Source: Candidatus Uhrbacteria bacterium | GTDB lineage: Bacteria; Patescibacteriota; Patescibacteriia; UBA9934; GWF2-40-263 | Direction of reading: 5' to 3' | DNA: 64,000 bases | NCBI GenBank assembly: GCA_016205975.1 | Contig: JACQSK010000021.1 | Span: 36,324 to 100,323 of the forward strand | Shown here: positions 9,191 through 18,876 of the stretch, in pieces | Layout of the letters: the number at the start of each line of letters is the position of its first letter | Position numbering within the stretch: position 1 is the stretch's first letter | The notes under the pieces: model-generated | What the model saw: the letters and a program-made list of their open reading frames with translations, nothing else | The model's database searches: none | Told to the model about the DNA's origin: nothing | Program-made: the position numbers and the translations under genes

Positions 9191-11062
9191 TCAACCCAAA
9201 ACAGCCTTAATTCGTCTGATTCCGCTTGCCACGGCCTCTTCTTTTTGAATGGTGAACGTGCCCAGGACGCCCGTACTTTCCACATGCGGGCCACCGCACA
9301 CTTCGCGGCTGAAGGACGGTGCCGTGGCCTCGTCGCCGATAAAGTAAACCTTCAGCTTCCCGCTGAGCGCTGCATACTTGTCTTCAAATAGCCCGATCGC
9401 GCCGCGGCGCTTGGCTTCTTCCAGGTCGAGCATCTCGTAGTGCACCGGTAGGTCTTTTTGAATCTGTTCGTTCACGATCGCCTCCACGCGCGCTTTTTCT
9501 TCGTCCGTCATTTTTTGCGGATGGGAAAAATCAAACCGCAGGCGCTCGGGGGTGATGTTTGAGCCCTTCTGTTCGATGTGCGCACCAAGCACCGTGCGCA
9601 GCGCCTGGTGCAAGAGGTGCGTGGCCGTATGCCCTCGGACGACTTCCTCGGAATGATCCGCGAGCCCTCCGGCAAACTTCTGTTGCGAGCCGGCGCGCGA
9701 GAGGTCTTGATGTTTTTTGAACTCCTCTTGGAACACTGCGCGATCCACGGGCTGACCCTTTTCCCGCGCCAGCTCCTCCGTGAGCTCCCAGGGGAAACCA
9801 TAGGACTGGTAGAGGTTGAAGGCGTCCACGCCGGAAACGGCGCTTCGGCTCGAAAAGAGTTTTTCAAACTCGCGCAGACCTTTCTCCAAGGACGCTTTGA
9901 ACTTTGCTTCTTCCTTTGTCATCTCCTCTACGATCCTGTCGCGTCCCTCTGCGAGCTCTGGGTAGGCGTCGAGATACGTTTCAATATAAGCGTCGGCGAT
10001 GGTGCCACAGAAGGCCTCGCGAGCGCCGATTTTGTTCCCGAAGCGTACGGCGCGGCGGATCAGCCGGCGGACGTAGTAGCCTTGGTCCTTGTTGGACGGC
10101 GCCACGCCGTCTGCGATCAGAAACGTGGCGGCGCGCAGGTGATCGAGGATCACGCGAAACGCGTAGAAGGTTTCAGGTTGATAGGATACGCGCGTCACCT
10201 GTTCGATGCGCTCTCGTGCGCGATCGAAGACGTCAATCCGGAACATGTCCGGATCGTCAGCCACGGCCGCGGCCAGGCGCTCGAGTCCGCCGCCGAAGTC
10301 CACGTTCTGTTTTGGGAGAGGATCAAAACCATCCTCGGTCTTGAGGTACTGCATGAAGACGTTGTTGCCGATTTCGATGAACCGTCCGCAATCGCAATTC
10401 ACATGACAGGGCCCGGAGACAAACGCCGAGGCTTCGTGCAGCCTGCGCTCTGGACCGAAGTCCCAGAACATTTCCGTGTCCGGCCCGCCCGGCTCTCCCA
10501 CGGGCATGGCGCTTGGCACGCCTGAGCGCGACCACCAATTTTTCTTTTCGTCGTAGTAAAAGATACGTCCGCCCTGCAGGCCGTCGCGCTCGGAAAAATC
10601 CACGGCCGCGGCCTCAATGCCTGCAGACACGAAGGCATCCTTCCATAGCAGGACCGTCTCCTCGTCGCGAGGGACTTGATCGTTGCCGCGGAAGACCGTG
10701 ACGTACAGACGTGCAGGGTCGAGATTGAGCTCGCGCGTCAAGAAGGCGAACATCCAGCCGACCTGTTCCTTTTTAAAATAATCGCCGAGCGACCAGTTGC
10801 CCAGCATCTCAAAGAAGGTGGTATGCCGGTTGTCGCCGACCTCCTCGATATCGCCCGCGCGGAAGCATTTCTGGACATCGGCCAGACGCGTGCCTTTTGG
10901 ATGCGGCTCGCCCAAGAGGTAGGGCACCATGGGTTGCATTCCTGAGCCCGTGAACAGGGTCGTGGCGTCGTTTTCTGGAAGCAAAGAAGCGGACGGGAGA
11001 ATCTGGTGTCCGCGAGCAGAAAAAAAATCAAGGTAAGCCTGCCGGATTTCACGCATGGTCAT
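9191..11062 (-). CDS. alaS: alanine--tRNA ligase (short form, catalytic/tRNA-binding/editing core without the C-terminal C-Ala domain)
   Basis: 623 aa; N-terminal MTMREIRQAYLDFFSARGHQILPSASLLPENDATTLFTGSGMQPMVPYLLGEPHP and FRAGDIEEVGDNRHTTFFEMLGNWSLGDYFK match AlaS class II motifs; HxxxH editing motif (GHTATHLLHQAL) present. Confidence 0.9.
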   Translation of the reverse strand: MTMREIRQAYLDFFSARGHQILPSASLLPENDATTLFTGSGMQPMVPYLLGEPHPKGTRLADVQKCFRAGDIEEVGDNRHTTFFEMLGNWSLGDYFKKEQVGWMFAFLTRELNLDPARLYVTVFRGNDQVPRDEETVLLWKDAFVSAGIEAAAVDFSERDGLQGGRIFYYDEKKNWWSRSGVPSAMPVGEPGGPDTEMFWDFGPERRLHEASAFVSGPCHVNCDCGRFIEIGNNVFMQYLKTEDGFDPLPKQNVDFGGGLERLAAAVADDPDMFRIDVFDRARERIEQVTRVSYQPETFYAFRVILDHLRAATFLIADGVAPSNKDQGYYVRRLIRRAVRFGNKIGAREAFCGTIADAYIETYLDAYPELAEGRDRIVEEMTKEEAKFKASLEKGLREFEKLFSSRSAVSGVDAFNLYQSYGFPWELTEELAREKGQPVDRAVFQEEFKKHQDLSRAGSQQKFAGGLADHSEEVVRGHTATHLLHQALRTVLGAHIEQKGSNITPERLRFDFSHPQKMTDEEKARVEAIVNEQIQKDLPVHYEMLDLEEAKRRGAIGLFEDKYAALSGKLKVYFIGDEATAPSFSREVCGGPHVESTGVLGTFTIQKEEAVASGIRRIKAVLG

Positions 11063-11098
11063 AGTGTTCGCATTCTACAAAATCCAGGAGCCAACCGT

Positions 11099-12712
11099 CT
11101 AGGCAGGATTGGACGGAGCCGTCTCAGAGGGTTGCGACCGACGGAAGACGCTTCGGCGCAGGGAGGCGAAAAATTGCTGCTGTTCCTCGATTCGGAGCAT
11201 TCCTCCGATGAGGACATACGCCGCGAGTCCGAGGGATCCGGCTATGAGCCCCTGCAAGAGCACTCCCCAAAACGTCTCAAGCGAGATGAGCGCGACCACG
11301 GCGGGCTTCACCGTCTGCATCGTGAGCGCGCCGGCGAGCGAAGCGGCGCTCACCTTGTACAGGAACGTTAGGATCGTGGACTCGCGCAGCGTTCCCACGC
11401 GAGACCGCAGCAACATCCACAGGAGCCCTGCTTGGACCAGAGCGGAGACGGCGAAGCCGATGCCGAGCGAGGCCACGCCGAAAGGCTCACGCAAGAGCAG
11501 CGCTACCAAGACGCCGATGAGCGCGGCAACGGCGCCGGTCACAAGCGGGGTTGTGGTGTCACGCAGCGCAAAGAAGCTCCTGGCGAACAGATAGATGAGC
11601 GCCTGGGGGATGAAGGTGAGCGCAAAAAAGGCGAGCGTGTCAGCGGCGGCGATCGTCGCGTCCCAATCGAACTCCCCTGCCCCGACCACCACGCGCACGA
11701 CTTGCGCGCGCAGGATGAGGAAGAGGATCGTCATGGGGGCCATGAGATAGACGACTTGCCGGATCGTGGAGAGCAACACTTGCACGAACGCGTCGGGTTC
11801 GTGCTGTTCCATTTTTTCCGAGAGCGCAGGGAAGACGGCAATGGCGAAGGAGACGCCGATGATGCCCACGGGGAAAAACTGGATGTTGTAGGCGAACTGG
11901 AAAATCGTCAGACTCCCGCCTGGAAGCGTCGTTGCTATAATCCCGAGGACGACAAACAGGAGTTGATTCACCGCAAGCCCGAGCGAGCGAGGCACCATGA
12001 GGGCCAGCATCGTGCGCGTGTCGCGATCAAGCAGGCGCAGCCGCCAGGCATAGCGATAGCCGATGCCGCGCAGCCCCAGGAGCTGGACCAACAGGTGCAG
12101 GCAGGCGCCGAAGACCACACCCCAAGCCAGACCGATGGTTCCAAGCCCGTCCACAAACCAGAGCGCGCCCGCGATGATGCCGACGTTGTAAAAAATGGGC
12201 GCGAGCGCATAGAAAAAAAATCGCTTGAGGCTTTGCAGGACCGAGCCGTAGACGAGCGACACCGAGAGCAGGATCTGCGACAAGAACATGACGCGCATGA
12301 ACACGGCGACTTGGTTCTGTTTGTAGAGAGCGAACCCGGGTGCAATGAGCTCGGAGAGCGGCTGCGCGAACAGGGCGAGGGTGAGCGAGAGCAGGATCAT
12401 GGCTGCGGCGATCAGGTGCACGGCGTTGTTGGTGAGGTGCCAAGCTTTGGCTCGGGTCTCTGTCTGCGACCAGTGGGAGAGGAACAGCGGAATGAAACTC
12501 GCAGAGAGGGCGCCCATGACGACGAGGGTGAACAAGAGGTCTGGGATTTTGAACGCCGCGTAGTAGATGTCGAGCGTGTCGCCCGCGCCGAACGCGCCGG
12601 CGAGCAGACGGTCGCGCATGAGCCCCACCAGTCGGCTCACCAATGAAAGCACGCCGACAACCGTTGCGGCGCCTATGATCGTTTTCGATTCGCGATTAAG
12701 AAACTTCAACAT
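11099..12712 (-). CDS. murJ: lipid II flippase MurJ
   Basis: 537 aa polytopic membrane protein; N-terminus ...SRLVGLMRDRLLAGAFGAGDTLDIYYAAFKIPD is the MurJ/MviN signature. Confidence 0.9.
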   Translation of the reverse strand: MLKFLNRESKTIIGAATVVGVLSLVSRLVGLMRDRLLAGAFGAGDTLDIYYAAFKIPDLLFTLVVMGALSASFIPLFLSHWSQTETRAKAWHLTNNAVHLIAAAMILLSLTLALFAQPLSELIAPGFALYKQNQVAVFMRVMFLSQILLSVSLVYGSVLQSLKRFFFYALAPIFYNVGIIAGALWFVDGLGTIGLAWGVVFGACLHLLVQLLGLRGIGYRYAWRLRLLDRDTRTMLALMVPRSLGLAVNQLLFVVLGIIATTLPGGSLTIFQFAYNIQFFPVGIIGVSFAIAVFPALSEKMEQHEPDAFVQVLLSTIRQVVYLMAPMTILFLILRAQVVRVVVGAGEFDWDATIAAADTLAFFALTFIPQALIYLFARSFFALRDTTTPLVTGAVAALIGVLVALLLREPFGVASLGIGFAVSALVQAGLLWMLLRSRVGTLRESTILTFLYKVSAASLAGALTMQTVKPAVVALISLETFWGVLLQGLIAGSLGLAAYVLIGGMLRIEEQQQFFASLRRSVFRRSQPSETAPSNPA

Positions 12713-12720
12713 GGGCAGGC

Positions 12721-13908
12721 TTAGGGCTTAGGGGCATCGTCTTTGCGTCTGGGTTTGAAGTCTGTGCGCGCAAGCGTGGCGAGCGCGACTACGAGCAAGA
12801 GCGCCAAGAAAATCACGGCCACAAGGACGACGGGGTTTTGCAGGTGGAAGAACGGCACGGTCACGGTCGCATGCTCAGTGGAGCTCTCGCCGCTGTCCTG
12901 TTCAAGCGTGAGGGTCACCTCGTAGGCTCCTGCGCGGTTGTAGGTGTGCGTGACTTCCGTCTTGGACGAGGCAACGCCATCGCCGAAATCCCATCGCGCG
13001 CCGCTCCCATCACTGACGGGCGTGAGTCGCGTGAAGGTAAACGTGTTCCAGGAGTCGCGCGTATAGCGAAACGCAGCGTTGGAAGAAACGTTCTCGTCGC
13101 CAGGGGCACGCGTGCTCGCTTCGTCTGCGACAGGGCTCTGCGCGTCCGTCTCCTCAGGCGCCTGCGTGGCTTGAATGCTCTCGGCTACCTGTAAGATGAG
13201 CTCCTTGAATGCCACGCTCGTCGTTGCCTCTGGCGCAACCGTGCTCGTCTCCTGTCCTTCCTCCCGCGCCGCGGGAGGTTCCTCTCTCACGCGCTCCGGG
13301 TCCATGGGAAAGGCGTCGCTTGCGTCCTGAACGCCGTCCCCGTCTGAATCCGTCGCGAGCGTCTCGGTTCCGATCTCTTGTTCCACCTCGTCGCTCAAAC
13401 CGTCCCCGTCGTCATCGTTGTCGCAGGCATTCCCCTGTCCATCTCCATTCGTATCCGTCTGGTCCGCGTTGCTCGTGCTTGGACAGTTGTCTGTGTCATT
13501 CTCCACGCCGTCGCGGTCGTCGTCTACGATCGGCGTAAGGATGCCGGTGACCGCGGTGTTGTTGCTCTCGTTTACGTCAACGGGATCTGTCCCGCGCACT
13601 TGTGCCTGGATGTTAAAATCGCTTGTCGGAACAACGAAATCCACATAAACCTCCTCGGCCGAGCCGAAAGCCAAAACCGAAATGACGAGCGAATCGCCGA
13701 TGACCGTCGCTCCTTGATAAAACGTCACGTAGCCGGACACGTCTTCATCGCCCAGGTTATCAATCGAGGCGTAGATGCGCACCTGGTCCCCGGCCACCAG
13801 TTGGTCCTTTGAGAACCGGATGTCGCCGGCCTGAATATCCAAATCTGCGCGCGCGAACGCCACGGCGGGAAACAGAAAGGCGAAGAGGAGAAGAATGAGT
13901 CTTTTCAT
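12721..13908 (-). CDS. secreted, C-terminally membrane-anchored surface protein with thrombospondin type-3 Ca-binding repeats and a PKD domain
   Basis: N-terminal signal peptide MKRLILLLFAFLFPAVAFA; Asp-rich DxDxDGxxD repeats (DDDRDGVENDTDNCPSTSNADQTDTNGDGQGNACDNDDDGDGLSD); PKD-like ...WDFGDGVASSKTEVTHTYNRAGAYEVTLTL; C-terminal hydrophobic anchor followed by a basic tail. Confidence 0.6.
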   Translation of the reverse strand: MKRLILLLFAFLFPAVAFARADLDIQAGDIRFSKDQLVAGDQVRIYASIDNLGDEDVSGYVTFYQGATVIGDSLVISVLAFGSAEEVYVDFVVPTSDFNIQAQVRGTDPVDVNESNNTAVTGILTPIVDDDRDGVENDTDNCPSTSNADQTDTNGDGQGNACDNDDDGDGLSDEVEQEIGTETLATDSDGDGVQDASDAFPMDPERVREEPPAAREEGQETSTVAPEATTSVAFKELILQVAESIQATQAPEETDAQSPVADEASTRAPGDENVSSNAAFRYTRDSWNTFTFTRLTPVSDGSGARWDFGDGVASSKTEVTHTYNRAGAYEVTLTLEQDSGESSTEHATVTVPFFHLQNPVVLVAVIFLALLLVVALATLARTDFKPRRKDDAPKP

Positions 13909-14822
13909 AATCGTTTGCGATACACGATCGTCGCGACTAGGACGAGCATCCCCAGGAATCCCACGCCCAAGAGCAGGCTCACGATCGTGGCGTTCTCAAC
14001 ATACGGGAGCCACGTGGCGTTCATGCCGTAGAAGCCCGCGATGAGCGCGGGGACCATGAGGGCCGCGGAGAGCACGGTTAAGAGCGTGATGACCTGATTT
14101 GTTTTGTGCGAGATGAGCGCTTCGTTCACGTCGAACAGGCCGTCGAGCAACAGCTGCAGGTTGTCGGAAGAGAGCCACAGGGTGTCGAGCGTGTCATGCA
14201 GGTCGTCGAAGTAGACGTAGACTTCCTCAGGGATGAATGGGCGCGGCGTATGGCGCAGGCTGAGAAGCATGTTGCGCTGCGGGTCTACGAGGTGGCGCAG
14301 GAATAGGACGTTGCGACGCGCGTGTCCCAGCTCAACGGTGAGGCGCTTGTCGTGGCGCCGCTCGATGGTCTCCTCCAAGCGATGCACTTCCTGCGTGAGG
14401 AGGCTCACGATCCCAAGGGCGTCATTGAACAGGTGCGAGATAATACGGTAGACGGCAAACGACGTTCCTTTTCCCAAGACGGCCGCACGCGATTTGGCGT
14501 TGGTGGACAGACGCTTGAAAAAAAAATCCAGCTCGGCCACGCGTGCGTAGGTCACCGTCACGACGTCGTCCTTGGACAGGAAGACATACACAGGCTCGCC
14601 GTAGATACGGCCGGACGTTTCATTCATCATCGGAATGTGAAACAAGAAAAAGACGTAATGCTTATAGGCGTCCATTTTTGAAATGGGCGAAGCATTGCGG
14701 ATGTCGTCGTAATCCAGGTGGTGAAACTTAAACTGCGCCTGAAGCGCCTCCAGGTCTTTCTCGACGACACCGCTCACGTGATGCCAACGGATGCCTTTGG
14801 ATTCAAGAACGTGTACCCCCAT
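13905..14822 (-). CDS. corA: magnesium/cobalt transporter CorA
   Basis: tool ORF trimmed to MGVHVLESKG...; C-terminal two TM helices with the GMN motif (AGFYGMNATWLPYV); exact start +/-1 nt by my reading. Confidence 0.85.
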   Translation of the reverse strand: MGVHVLESKGIRWHHVSGVVEKDLEALQAQFKFHHLDYDDIRNASPISKMDAYKHYVFFLFHIPMMNETSGRIYGEPVYVFLSKDDVVTVTYARVAELDFFFKRLSTNAKSRAAVLGKGTSFAVYRIISHLFNDALGIVSLLTQEVHRLEETIERRHDKRLTVELGHARRNVLFLRHLVDPQRNMLLSLRHTPRPFIPEEVYVYFDDLHDTLDTLWLSSDNLQLLLDGLFDVNEALISHKTNQVITLLTVLSAALMVPALIAGFYGMNATWLPYVENATIVSLLLGVGFLGMLVLVATIVYRKRL

Positions 14823-14830
14823 AAAGATCG

Positions 14831-15538
14831 CTACTCGCGCGGCGCGTGCCCGAACGTGTAATGGAAAAGGTTGTGACGAATCGGACCAAGAAAAAGAAGA
14901 TGGAGCTCGGCCAAAACGTAGGTGAGCGCGAGGCGCAAGCGTCCGTCGCGATCGAGGCGCCGGATAGACACGGGAACCTGGACCGACCGCAGGAACCCGA
15001 ATGTGCCCACGCGGCGGAACCGACGCGCGTAATCGTGGTCCTCGCAAAAGACGACGCGCTCGTCAAACCCACCGAGCTGCTCGTGCAGGGCGCGGCGCAC
15101 CAGCAGACAAAACCCCGGTGCGTGCGGAACGCGAGACCCCCACGCGCGTGCATAGCGATTATACGCCTTGTGTAAAAAATGATCGATGCGCGAATCCGAG
15201 AGCGGCATTACATCGCACGTGGCAAGGCCCAAGTTTTTTTCGTGCATCTCGCACAGCGCCTTCTCAATAAACGCGCGATCGCTGAGCTCGACGTCGGCAT
15301 CCAAAAAAAGAATGAACTCACCCGTCGCGCACGCCGCGCCTCGGTTGCGTCCGATCGCCACCGGCCCCCCTTCGACGATTTTCGCTCCGCCTGAGGCCGC
15401 GAGCTCACGCGTGCGATCGCTCGAGGAAGCATCGGCAACGATAATCTCAGACGGCTGAACCGTCTGGCGCGAAATGGAGGCAAGCAACTGCGGCAGGTAT
15501 CGCTCTTCGTCTTTTGTCGGAATCACGATGGTTAACAT
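14831..15538 (-). CDS. glycosyltransferase family 2
   Basis: 235 aa; MLTIVIPTKDEERYLPQLLASISRQTV...IIVADASSSDRT and ...LFLDADVEL (DxD) typical of GT2. Confidence 0.8.
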   Translation of the reverse strand: MLTIVIPTKDEERYLPQLLASISRQTVQPSEIIVADASSSDRTRELAASGGAKIVEGGPVAIGRNRGAACATGEFILFLDADVELSDRAFIEKALCEMHEKNLGLATCDVMPLSDSRIDHFLHKAYNRYARAWGSRVPHAPGFCLLVRRALHEQLGGFDERVVFCEDHDYARRFRRVGTFGFLRSVQVPVSIRRLDRDGRLRLALTYVLAELHLLFLGPIRHNLFHYTFGHAPRE

Positions 15539-15628
15539 GGAGTCATCCTATCGGTTTTTTTGTGTGAGAGCAAACAGAGGGCGATCACCCTTGTCTCTTT
15601 GCATCATCTCACATACGCTGTGCGCGTT

Positions 15629-16756
15629 ATGACTCTCTGCCCCAAAAAAGAAATCTGCGGCTCCTGTTCCTGGTCGCATATTCCTTACGAGAAGCAGCTG
15701 AAGGCCAAGCTCTCGGACGTGAATGGATCCCTCGCGCTGAAGGGTCTGGACCTCGTGTGCTATTCTCTCATCCCCTCGCCCAAGACCGACCATTACCGCA
15801 ACCGCATGGACTTTGCGATTGACTTCCAGGGTCGCGTCGGGCTGAAGGAGAAAGGCAAGTGGTGGAAGGTCATTGACGGCCATGCGTGCTTCCTCAGCGA
15901 CGAGCGGATCGAAGCGTTGTTTCATCAGGTCAGGGCGTGGGCGCGCGCGTGCGGCTTGAGTTTTTGGGATCGCAAGGCGCACACGGGGATGCTGCGCTAC
16001 GCGGTGATTCGTTGTACGTCGCTCGGAGAGACGCTGGTCACGGTGGTGACGAGCGCGCCTGAAACGCCTGCGGACGCGGAGACGTGTCGTACGGCTCTGC
16101 GCCTGCTGAACGAGACGAGCCGACCTACGACGCTCGTGTGGGCGCAAAACTCGACCATCACGGACGTCAGCTACGGCGACAACCTGGAAGTGATCGCGGG
16201 GCCGGGAGTCCTCATGGAGGAAATCGGCGGCATACACTACCGCATCAGTCCGCAGGCGTTCTTCCAGACGAACTCCTTTGCCGCGCCCATCCTCCAGAAA
16301 ACCGTCCAAGAGTTTTGCGGCGACCTTTCCGAAAAAACGCTCCTGGATCTCTACTGCGGCACCGGCTTTTTTGCAACGGCTCTCTCCTCGTCCGCCCACC
16401 GGACCATCGGCGTCGAGCTCTCCAAAGACGCCATCCTCGACGCACGGATGAACGCAGAGCTAAACGGTACAGACATCGAATACCATGACGCAAAAACGGA
16501 AGATTTCGACTGGGCCTCGTTTGGCGCGGACGTCGTGATCCTTGACCCGCCGCGCTCCGGGATGCATGATAAGGCCCTGCAAGATCTCCTGCGCATCAAA
16601 CCTCCGTCCATCGTCTACGTCTCCTGCAACCCCAAAAACTTTGCGCGCGAGATGGTTCTCCTGCAAAAGACGTACCTCGTCCAAGCCATGCGCGCCATCG
16701 ATCTGTTCCCTCACACGCCGCACGTGGAACTCGTAACACATCTCGTCCGTCTTTAG
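15629..16756 (+). CDS. RNA (uracil-5-)-methyltransferase, TrmA/RlmD family, with N-terminal Cys cluster
   Basis: C-terminal class I SAM-MTase motifs (LLDLYCGTGFFATAL; VVILDPPRSG; IVYVSCNPKNFARE); N-terminal CPKKEICGSCSWSH Fe-S-type cysteine cluster as in RlmD; start taken at ATG 15629 (the tool start 15560 would leave only 21 nt to the divergent gene). Confidence 0.8.
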   Translation: MTLCPKKEICGSCSWSHIPYEKQLKAKLSDVNGSLALKGLDLVCYSLIPSPKTDHYRNRMDFAIDFQGRVGLKEKGKWWKVIDGHACFLSDERIEALFHQVRAWARACGLSFWDRKAHTGMLRYAVIRCTSLGETLVTVVTSAPETPADAETCRTALRLLNETSRPTTLVWAQNSTITDVSYGDNLEVIAGPGVLMEEIGGIHYRISPQAFFQTNSFAAPILQKTVQEFCGDLSEKTLLDLYCGTGFFATALSSSAHRTIGVELSKDAILDARMNAELNGTDIEYHDAKTEDFDWASFGADVVILDPPRSGMHDKALQDLLRIKPPSIVYVSCNPKNFAREMVLLQKTYLVQAMRAIDLFPHTPHVELVTHLVRL

Positions 16757-16758
16757 CT

Positions 16759-17610
16759 ATGCCCAAGTCAGGTTTCGTTGTCATGATCGGCCGTTCGAAC
16801 GTCGGGAAGTCGACGCTGCTTAATGCTCTGGTCGGTTCCAAGATTGCCATCACCACTCCCAAGCCACAAACGACGCGCCTCCCGATCCAAGGAATCGTCA
16901 CGCGCGACGACGGCCAGATCGTTTTCATCGACACGCCGGGAGTCCTGAAAGGCGCGCACGACGCTCTTTCTAAAAAGCTCGGACAGATGGTGCGCGCGTC
17001 GCTGGAGCACGTGGACGTCGTCGCCTACATCGTGGACCCCACGCGCGAGATCGGCGATGAGGAACGCGAGGTCATGCGCCTTCTGGAATCCATCGACCAG
17101 CCGAAGATCCTCGTCATCAACAAAATGGATATTGACCGCAAACCGTTTTTGGATTTCTACAAAGACCTCTCGGCAAACTTTACCCGCGCCGTGGAAGTGT
17201 CCGCCCTGCGCGGCACGCACGTCGGCTCATTGATCCAGACGATTTTCGAACTGCTGCCGGAAGGCGAGCCCTACTACCCGGACAACCAACTCACCAACGT
17301 CCCCAATGCGTTTTGGTTGAGCGAAATCATCCGAGAAAAACTGTTCCTGCGCCTGCGCCAGGAAGTTCCCTACACGACCCACGTTGAGGTTCAGGAGGTT
17401 GAGGAACGCGAGAACGGCATGATCTATATTGCGGCTACGATTTTTACCACCGAGGAGCGCTACAAACGGATGATCATCGGCGCCAAGGGGGTTGGCATCA
17501 AAGAGATCGGCCAGAGCGTGCGACATGAACTGGAGCTCGCCATGGACGCAAAAGTCTTCCTCGACCTCACGGTAGACGTGGATCCGCACTGGATGCAGCG
17601 GTTCGAGTAA
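16759..17610 (+). CDS. era: GTPase Era
   Basis: 283 aa; G1 GRSNVGKST, G3 DTPG, G4 NKMD, C-terminal KH domain (...IGAKGVGIKEIG...). Confidence 0.95.
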   Translation: MPKSGFVVMIGRSNVGKSTLLNALVGSKIAITTPKPQTTRLPIQGIVTRDDGQIVFIDTPGVLKGAHDALSKKLGQMVRASLEHVDVVAYIVDPTREIGDEEREVMRLLESIDQPKILVINKMDIDRKPFLDFYKDLSANFTRAVEVSALRGTHVGSLIQTIFELLPEGEPYYPDNQLTNVPNAFWLSEIIREKLFLRLRQEVPYTTHVEVQEVEERENGMIYIAATIFTTEERYKRMIIGAKGVGIKEIGQSVRHELELAMDAKVFLDLTVDVDPHWMQRFE

Positions 17611-17616
17611 ACAAAA

Positions 17617-17647
17617 ACGGGACAGCCTCTAACCTCCCGTTTTTTTG
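17617..17647. terminator. bidirectional intrinsic terminator between convergent era and the lipoprotein gene
   Basis: acggga-(13 nt loop)-tcccgt hairpin with A-run upstream and ttttttt downstream; the minus-strand gene's stop codon lies in the loop. Confidence 0.55.
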
Positions 17648-18585
17648 TTGATCTGCGAGACCTCGTATCCCCCGAAGCCCGCAAGGAAGCCGCTAGGACT
17701 CAGCACCTCGAGGTTCCCCTGCGAGAGCGGCGTAAGACGCAACTCCAGGAGCAGAGGGTTATCTGGATGGGCAAGGATGGTGAAGCTCCCGAACGCGTTG
17801 CGCGCCTCGATGGTTCTCACGCGTGTGCGCACGCCGTCCACCAGAAGGGTGGTGGCGCCCCAATCCGCGTCAGCTTCAACCGTGAGAAGGTCGCCGGCTT
17901 GTTCTTGAACGGACGCATCGGATGAGGAGGCCTCGTCCGACCAGAGGCTCTTAATTTTTTCCAGATACGAGGTGAGCTTTCCGGTCGCCTCTCCAACCTG
18001 CATGAGCGACTCGTCAAACAGGCCCAGGGAAAAATGCGTTGAGCGCGTGTTCACGAGCTCGTCGTAGGCGGCTCGTGAAATCCAGATGAGCGAGGTCTTG
18101 GAGACGCCCGTGTCGCCTTCCGCCCACGTCTCTGGCAGCCCGAGCGTCGTCGCGTCCGCGAGCGCGTCGCTCCTGAGCGTCCCGCTTTGCACAGTGACCT
18201 CATACGCAGGCTCGGGCCCCTTGGGGATTTCCTCGCCGATGGCGGTCTGTCCGTACTCGGCTTCGTACGCCGCGCGCGCGGCCACGGACGCCGCCGTTTC
18301 TGTTTGCGTGGTAATGCTCCAAGCGAGGCCGACCGACGAACCCGGAATCCACTCGGTGACAGAGATCTGTCTGTCCTGCGTCTGTGCGCCCAGGAACCCC
18401 ACGAGCGCCCCGCCCAGGCCAAGCACGGTCGGACGCAGGACGATCTCGCTGCCCGCGGTAAGCGTCAGCGACGCGGAGGCTTCCTCCGGCGTGAGACTCG
18501 ACGCGACCGTCGAAGAACACCCAACCCCTAAGAGGGCCAGGCTCAACGCTCCGATGATTGACGTGTGTCTCAGGGAGAGGGTCAT
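17629..18585 (-). CDS. secreted protein / putative lipoprotein, function unknown
   Basis: tool ORF trimmed to MTLSLRHTSIIGALSLALLGVGCSSTVAS (signal peptide with Cys at cleavage region); remainder Thr/Ala/Ser-rich with no assignable motif. Confidence 0.5.
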   Translation of the reverse strand: MTLSLRHTSIIGALSLALLGVGCSSTVASSLTPEEASASLTLTAGSEIVLRPTVLGLGGALVGFLGAQTQDRQISVTEWIPGSSVGLAWSITTQTETAASVAARAAYEAEYGQTAIGEEIPKGPEPAYEVTVQSGTLRSDALADATTLGLPETWAEGDTGVSKTSLIWISRAAYDELVNTRSTHFSLGLFDESLMQVGEATGKLTSYLEKIKSLWSDEASSSDASVQEQAGDLLTVEADADWGATTLLVDGVRTRVRTIEARNAFGSFTILAHPDNPLLLELRLTPLSQGNLEVLSPSGFLAGFGGYEVSQINKKTGG

Positions 18586-18599
18586 AGCTAGAGAGATTT

Positions 18600-18860
18600 C
18601 TAGAGCGGCTTTCCCGCGGCCCACTCGCGCAGGCGCGCTTCGTCCGTGGCTCCGCAGATAAATTGTTTGGACGCGTCGTTCCAAAAAAATGGCACGCCGC
18701 CGCACTTGCCGCCGTCGGCTTTCTCCAGGAGCGCGGCGTTCTCCTCATGGTGCCAGGTCTCGCGCTTCTCAATCACGATCCCCTCCCCGATCAGTTTATC
18801 CACAACTGGCATCATGTGATGGCAGTGCGGACACTCTTCTCCGTAGTAGAAATACAGCAT
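18600..18860 (-). CDS. glutaredoxin/thioredoxin-fold protein (CPHC active site)
   Basis: MLYFYYGEECPHCHHMMPVVDKL...GGVPFFW matches a Grx/NrdH-like thioredoxin fold with CxxC; start placed at M47 of the tool ORF because earlier ATGs overlap the divergent gene start. Confidence 0.6.
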   Translation of the reverse strand: MLYFYYGEECPHCHHMMPVVDKLIGEGIVIEKRETWHHEENAALLEKADGGKCGGVPFFWNDASKQFICGATDEARLREWAAGKPL

Positions 18861-18876
18861 ATGGTAGAATCTTATC

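Noticed and set aside
9578-10525. 315-aa plus-strand ORF
   Set aside because: Antisense to alaS, which has unmistakable class II aaRS motifs on the other strand.
11432-12646. 404-aa plus-strand ORF
   Set aside because: Antisense to murJ; His/Asp/Glu/Arg/Gly low-complexity translation and no start context.
16759-17610. Possible KH-domain RNA-binding ORF as a novel gene
   Set aside because: This is simply the C-terminal KH domain of Era and is fully explained by the era annotation.
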